Below, piece after piece: positions 1 to 403 of a DNA stretch of 403 nucleotides. A model generated the notes under the pieces. That model worked only from the letters and a program-made list of their open reading frames with translations. It made no database searches and had not been told where the DNA came from. The position numbers were made by a program, and so were the translations under genes. How positions within the stretch are numbered: position 1 is the stretch's first letter; each line of letters starts with the position of its first letter. The stretch lies in the sequence record BH153126.1. The stretch is one strand, 5' to 3'. The stretch is from a phage.

Positions 1-72
1 ATCGAATCCCAGCGTGTCGAAATCGCATCCAGTATCATGATGCAAGGTGAAGAAGAAAAAAGACCGCGATGA
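1..72 (+). CDS. 3' end of an upstream protein-coding gene (5' end outside the window), read exactly as written in frame 1; product unidentified
   Basis: Frame 1 is open from base 1 to TGA 70-72, with a second in-frame TGA at 73-75, giving IESQRVEIASSIMMQGEEEKRPR*. Codons 1-60 are typical preferred enterobacterial codons (atc, gaa, tcc, cag, cgt, gtc, gca, ggt). The last three sense codons include two rare Arg codons (AGA, CGA), which suggests the true frame is lost near 58-63. Frames 2 and 3 are closed at 38-40 and 48-50. Confidence 0.4.
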   Translation: MESQRVEIASSIMMQGEEEKRPR

Positions 73-139
73 TGAAGATATGGAAGATGAGGACGAAGAT
101 CGCAAAGACGATAAAAAAGACAAAGAAGACGACGAATAA
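1..139 (+). pseudogene. Alternative reading of the same gene: frame 1 (1-60) joined to frame 2 (62-139) by a one-base register change in the A6 run; C-terminal K/D/E-rich charged tail; frameshifted gene, sequencing error, or recoding
   Basis: Frame 2 (41-136) reads CKVKKKKDRDDEDMEDEDEDRKDDKKDKEDDE, followed by tandem stops TAA TAG (137-142). In this tract the T residues sit at codon position 2 or 3 in frame 2, mostly as the wobble base of GAT, which is a coding-frame signature. Frame 2 is closed upstream by TGA 38-40 and has no plausible start with an RBS, so it is best explained as the displaced 3' end of the frame 1 gene. One extra A in the run at 56-61 would give ...IMMQGEEEKKDRDDEDMEDEDEDRKDDKKDKEDDE**. 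Confidence 0.35.
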
Positions 140-140
140 T

Positions 141-146
141 AGGAAG
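141..146 (+). promoter_or_regulatory. Shine-Dalgarno / ribosome-binding site for the ATG at 152
   Basis: AGGAAG at 141-146, overlapping the second stop codon (TAG 140-142) of the upstream tail. The AGGA core ends 7 nt before ATG 152-154, within the usual spacing range. Confidence 0.5.
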
Positions 147-151
147 CCAAC

Positions 152-235
152 ATGATTAAAGATTTTACTCCTAAAGCTGACTTAGAAACTTTTCTGCCGG
201 AAGCACAGGAAATTGGACATGTTGGCTATGTTTGA
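152..235 (+). CDS. Small ORF as written (27 codons), probably the 5' portion of a longer frame-disrupted gene; product unidentified
   Basis: ATG 152 with a well-spaced SD; frame 2 reads MIKDFTPKADLETFLPEAQEIGHVGYV then TGA 233-235. The start lies 9 nt after the upstream tandem stops, an operon-like arrangement. At 84 nt it is too short to be confident as a stand-alone gene. Confidence 0.35.
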   Translation: MIKDFTPKADLETFLPEAQEIGHVGYV

Positions 236-395
236 GTCAGAAGAACTATTGAAAATCGTTGAAGGTATCTCCGAGGATGAGCCGAACTGGCGGTAGCAAT
301 GCTGTCTATCATCGACGGAATTATCGTAAATGAAGCAATGGTTAACATGTAACGCACGCGGGGAAGTTGCACGTAAGAAGATCGCAAACCCGTGA
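152..395 (+). pseudogene. Candidate small acidic protein gene (about 80 codons if restored) disrupted by about three frame changes; could equally be assembly indels
   Basis: Four consecutive open segments with protein-like composition and preferred codons: frame 2 at 152-232 (MIKDFTPKADLETFLPEAQEIGHVGYV); frame 3 at 234-293 (ESEELLKIVEGISEDEPNWR, stop TAG 294-296); frame 2 at 281-349 (AELAVAMLSIIDGIIVNEAMVNM, stop TAA 350-352); frame 3 at 354-392 (ARGEVARKKIANP, stop TGA 393-395). Each segment begins where the previous one ends. The individual segments are only 13-27 codons, so none is statistically compelling alone. Confidence 0.28.
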
Positions 396-403
396 GCGCA
401 TGC

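Noticed and set aside
34-41. 8-bp palindrome ATCATGAT; also GTTAAC (341-346) and ACATGT (345-350)
   Set aside because: Too short to be significant; they look like chance restriction-site-like palindromes, not operator or repeat structures.
37-72. Short ORF from the ATG ATG at 37-42 (MMQGEEEKRPR)
   Set aside because: No RBS, and these Met codons are in-frame internal codons of the longer frame 1 reading that enters from the left edge.
80-139. Stand-alone mini-ORF MEDEDEDRKDDKKDKEDDE starting at ATG 80 in frame 2
   Set aside because: No convincing SD upstream, and the frame 2 coding signal extends upstream of this ATG to 41. It is more parsimonious as part of the upstream gene's tail.
1-142. 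Match of the acidic tail to well-known tails I can recall (DnaK ...EEVKDKK, SSB ...DDDIPF, GroEL GGM repeats, ObgE acidic tail)
   Set aside because: None of the remembered C-terminal motifs matches the observed ...KDDKKDKEDDE ending, so I assign no gene symbol.
1-153. Minus-strand ORF: ATG at the complement of 151-153, open through the left edge (51 or more codons), with an AGGAG 14 nt upstream
   Set aside because: It is the antisense of the polypurine coding tract. A pyrimidine-rich strand cannot easily form stop codons, so the openness is an artefact. The translation is Ser/Phe low-complexity (MLASYYSSSSLSFLSSLRSSSSSS...), it uses many rare codons (cga, ata, cgg, tta), and the SD spacing is too long.
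69-155. Frame 3 ORF ATG 69 to TGA 153-155 encoding a K/T-rich peptide (MMKIWKMRTKIAKTIKKTKKTTNNRKPT)
   Set aside because: Same purine tract read in another frame. It has no RBS, its T residues fall at codon position 2 rather than the wobble position, and it would run through the downstream RBS and start codon. Frame 2, with tandem stops and the wobble pattern, is the better coding frame.
137-160. Intrinsic terminator after the tandem stops
   Set aside because: No GC-rich hairpin or T-tract; the region is occupied by the RBS and start codon of the next ORF.
210-260. Sigma70-like promoter hexamers (TTGGAC 213-218, TTGGCT 222-227, TTGAAA 249-254)
   Set aside because: None has a TATAAT-like -10 element at 16-19 bp spacing; these are isolated -35-like hexamers inside coding sequence.
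1-403. tRNA, rRNA, CRISPR repeats, IS or transposon terminal inverted repeats
   Set aside because: No cloverleaf-compatible segments, no regularly spaced repeats, and no long inverted repeats or target-site duplications in either orientation.

Overview
403-bp window, about 43% G+C by hand count (175/403). All supportable signal is on the + strand. (i) The 3' end of a protein-coding gene enters from the left edge in frame 1 with enterobacterial-style preferred codons. Its frame breaks at an A6 run (56-61), and the sequence after the break encodes a highly charged K/D/E-rich tail in frame 2, ending at tandem TAA-TAG stops (137-142). (ii) A good Shine-Dalgarno (AGGAAG, 141-146) and an ATG at 152 open a second small gene. 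Its coding-like signal runs to about 395 but is split over four segments alternating between frames 2 and 3. I see no tRNA, rRNA, CRISPR, mobile-element terminus, or convincing promoter or terminator. I cannot name either product from the sequence alone and have run no database search. Nothing in this window amounts to a defined novel system. The most notable feature is repeated frame disruption of otherwise clean coding sequence, which is at least as likely to be sequencing/assembly error or recent gene decay as biology.
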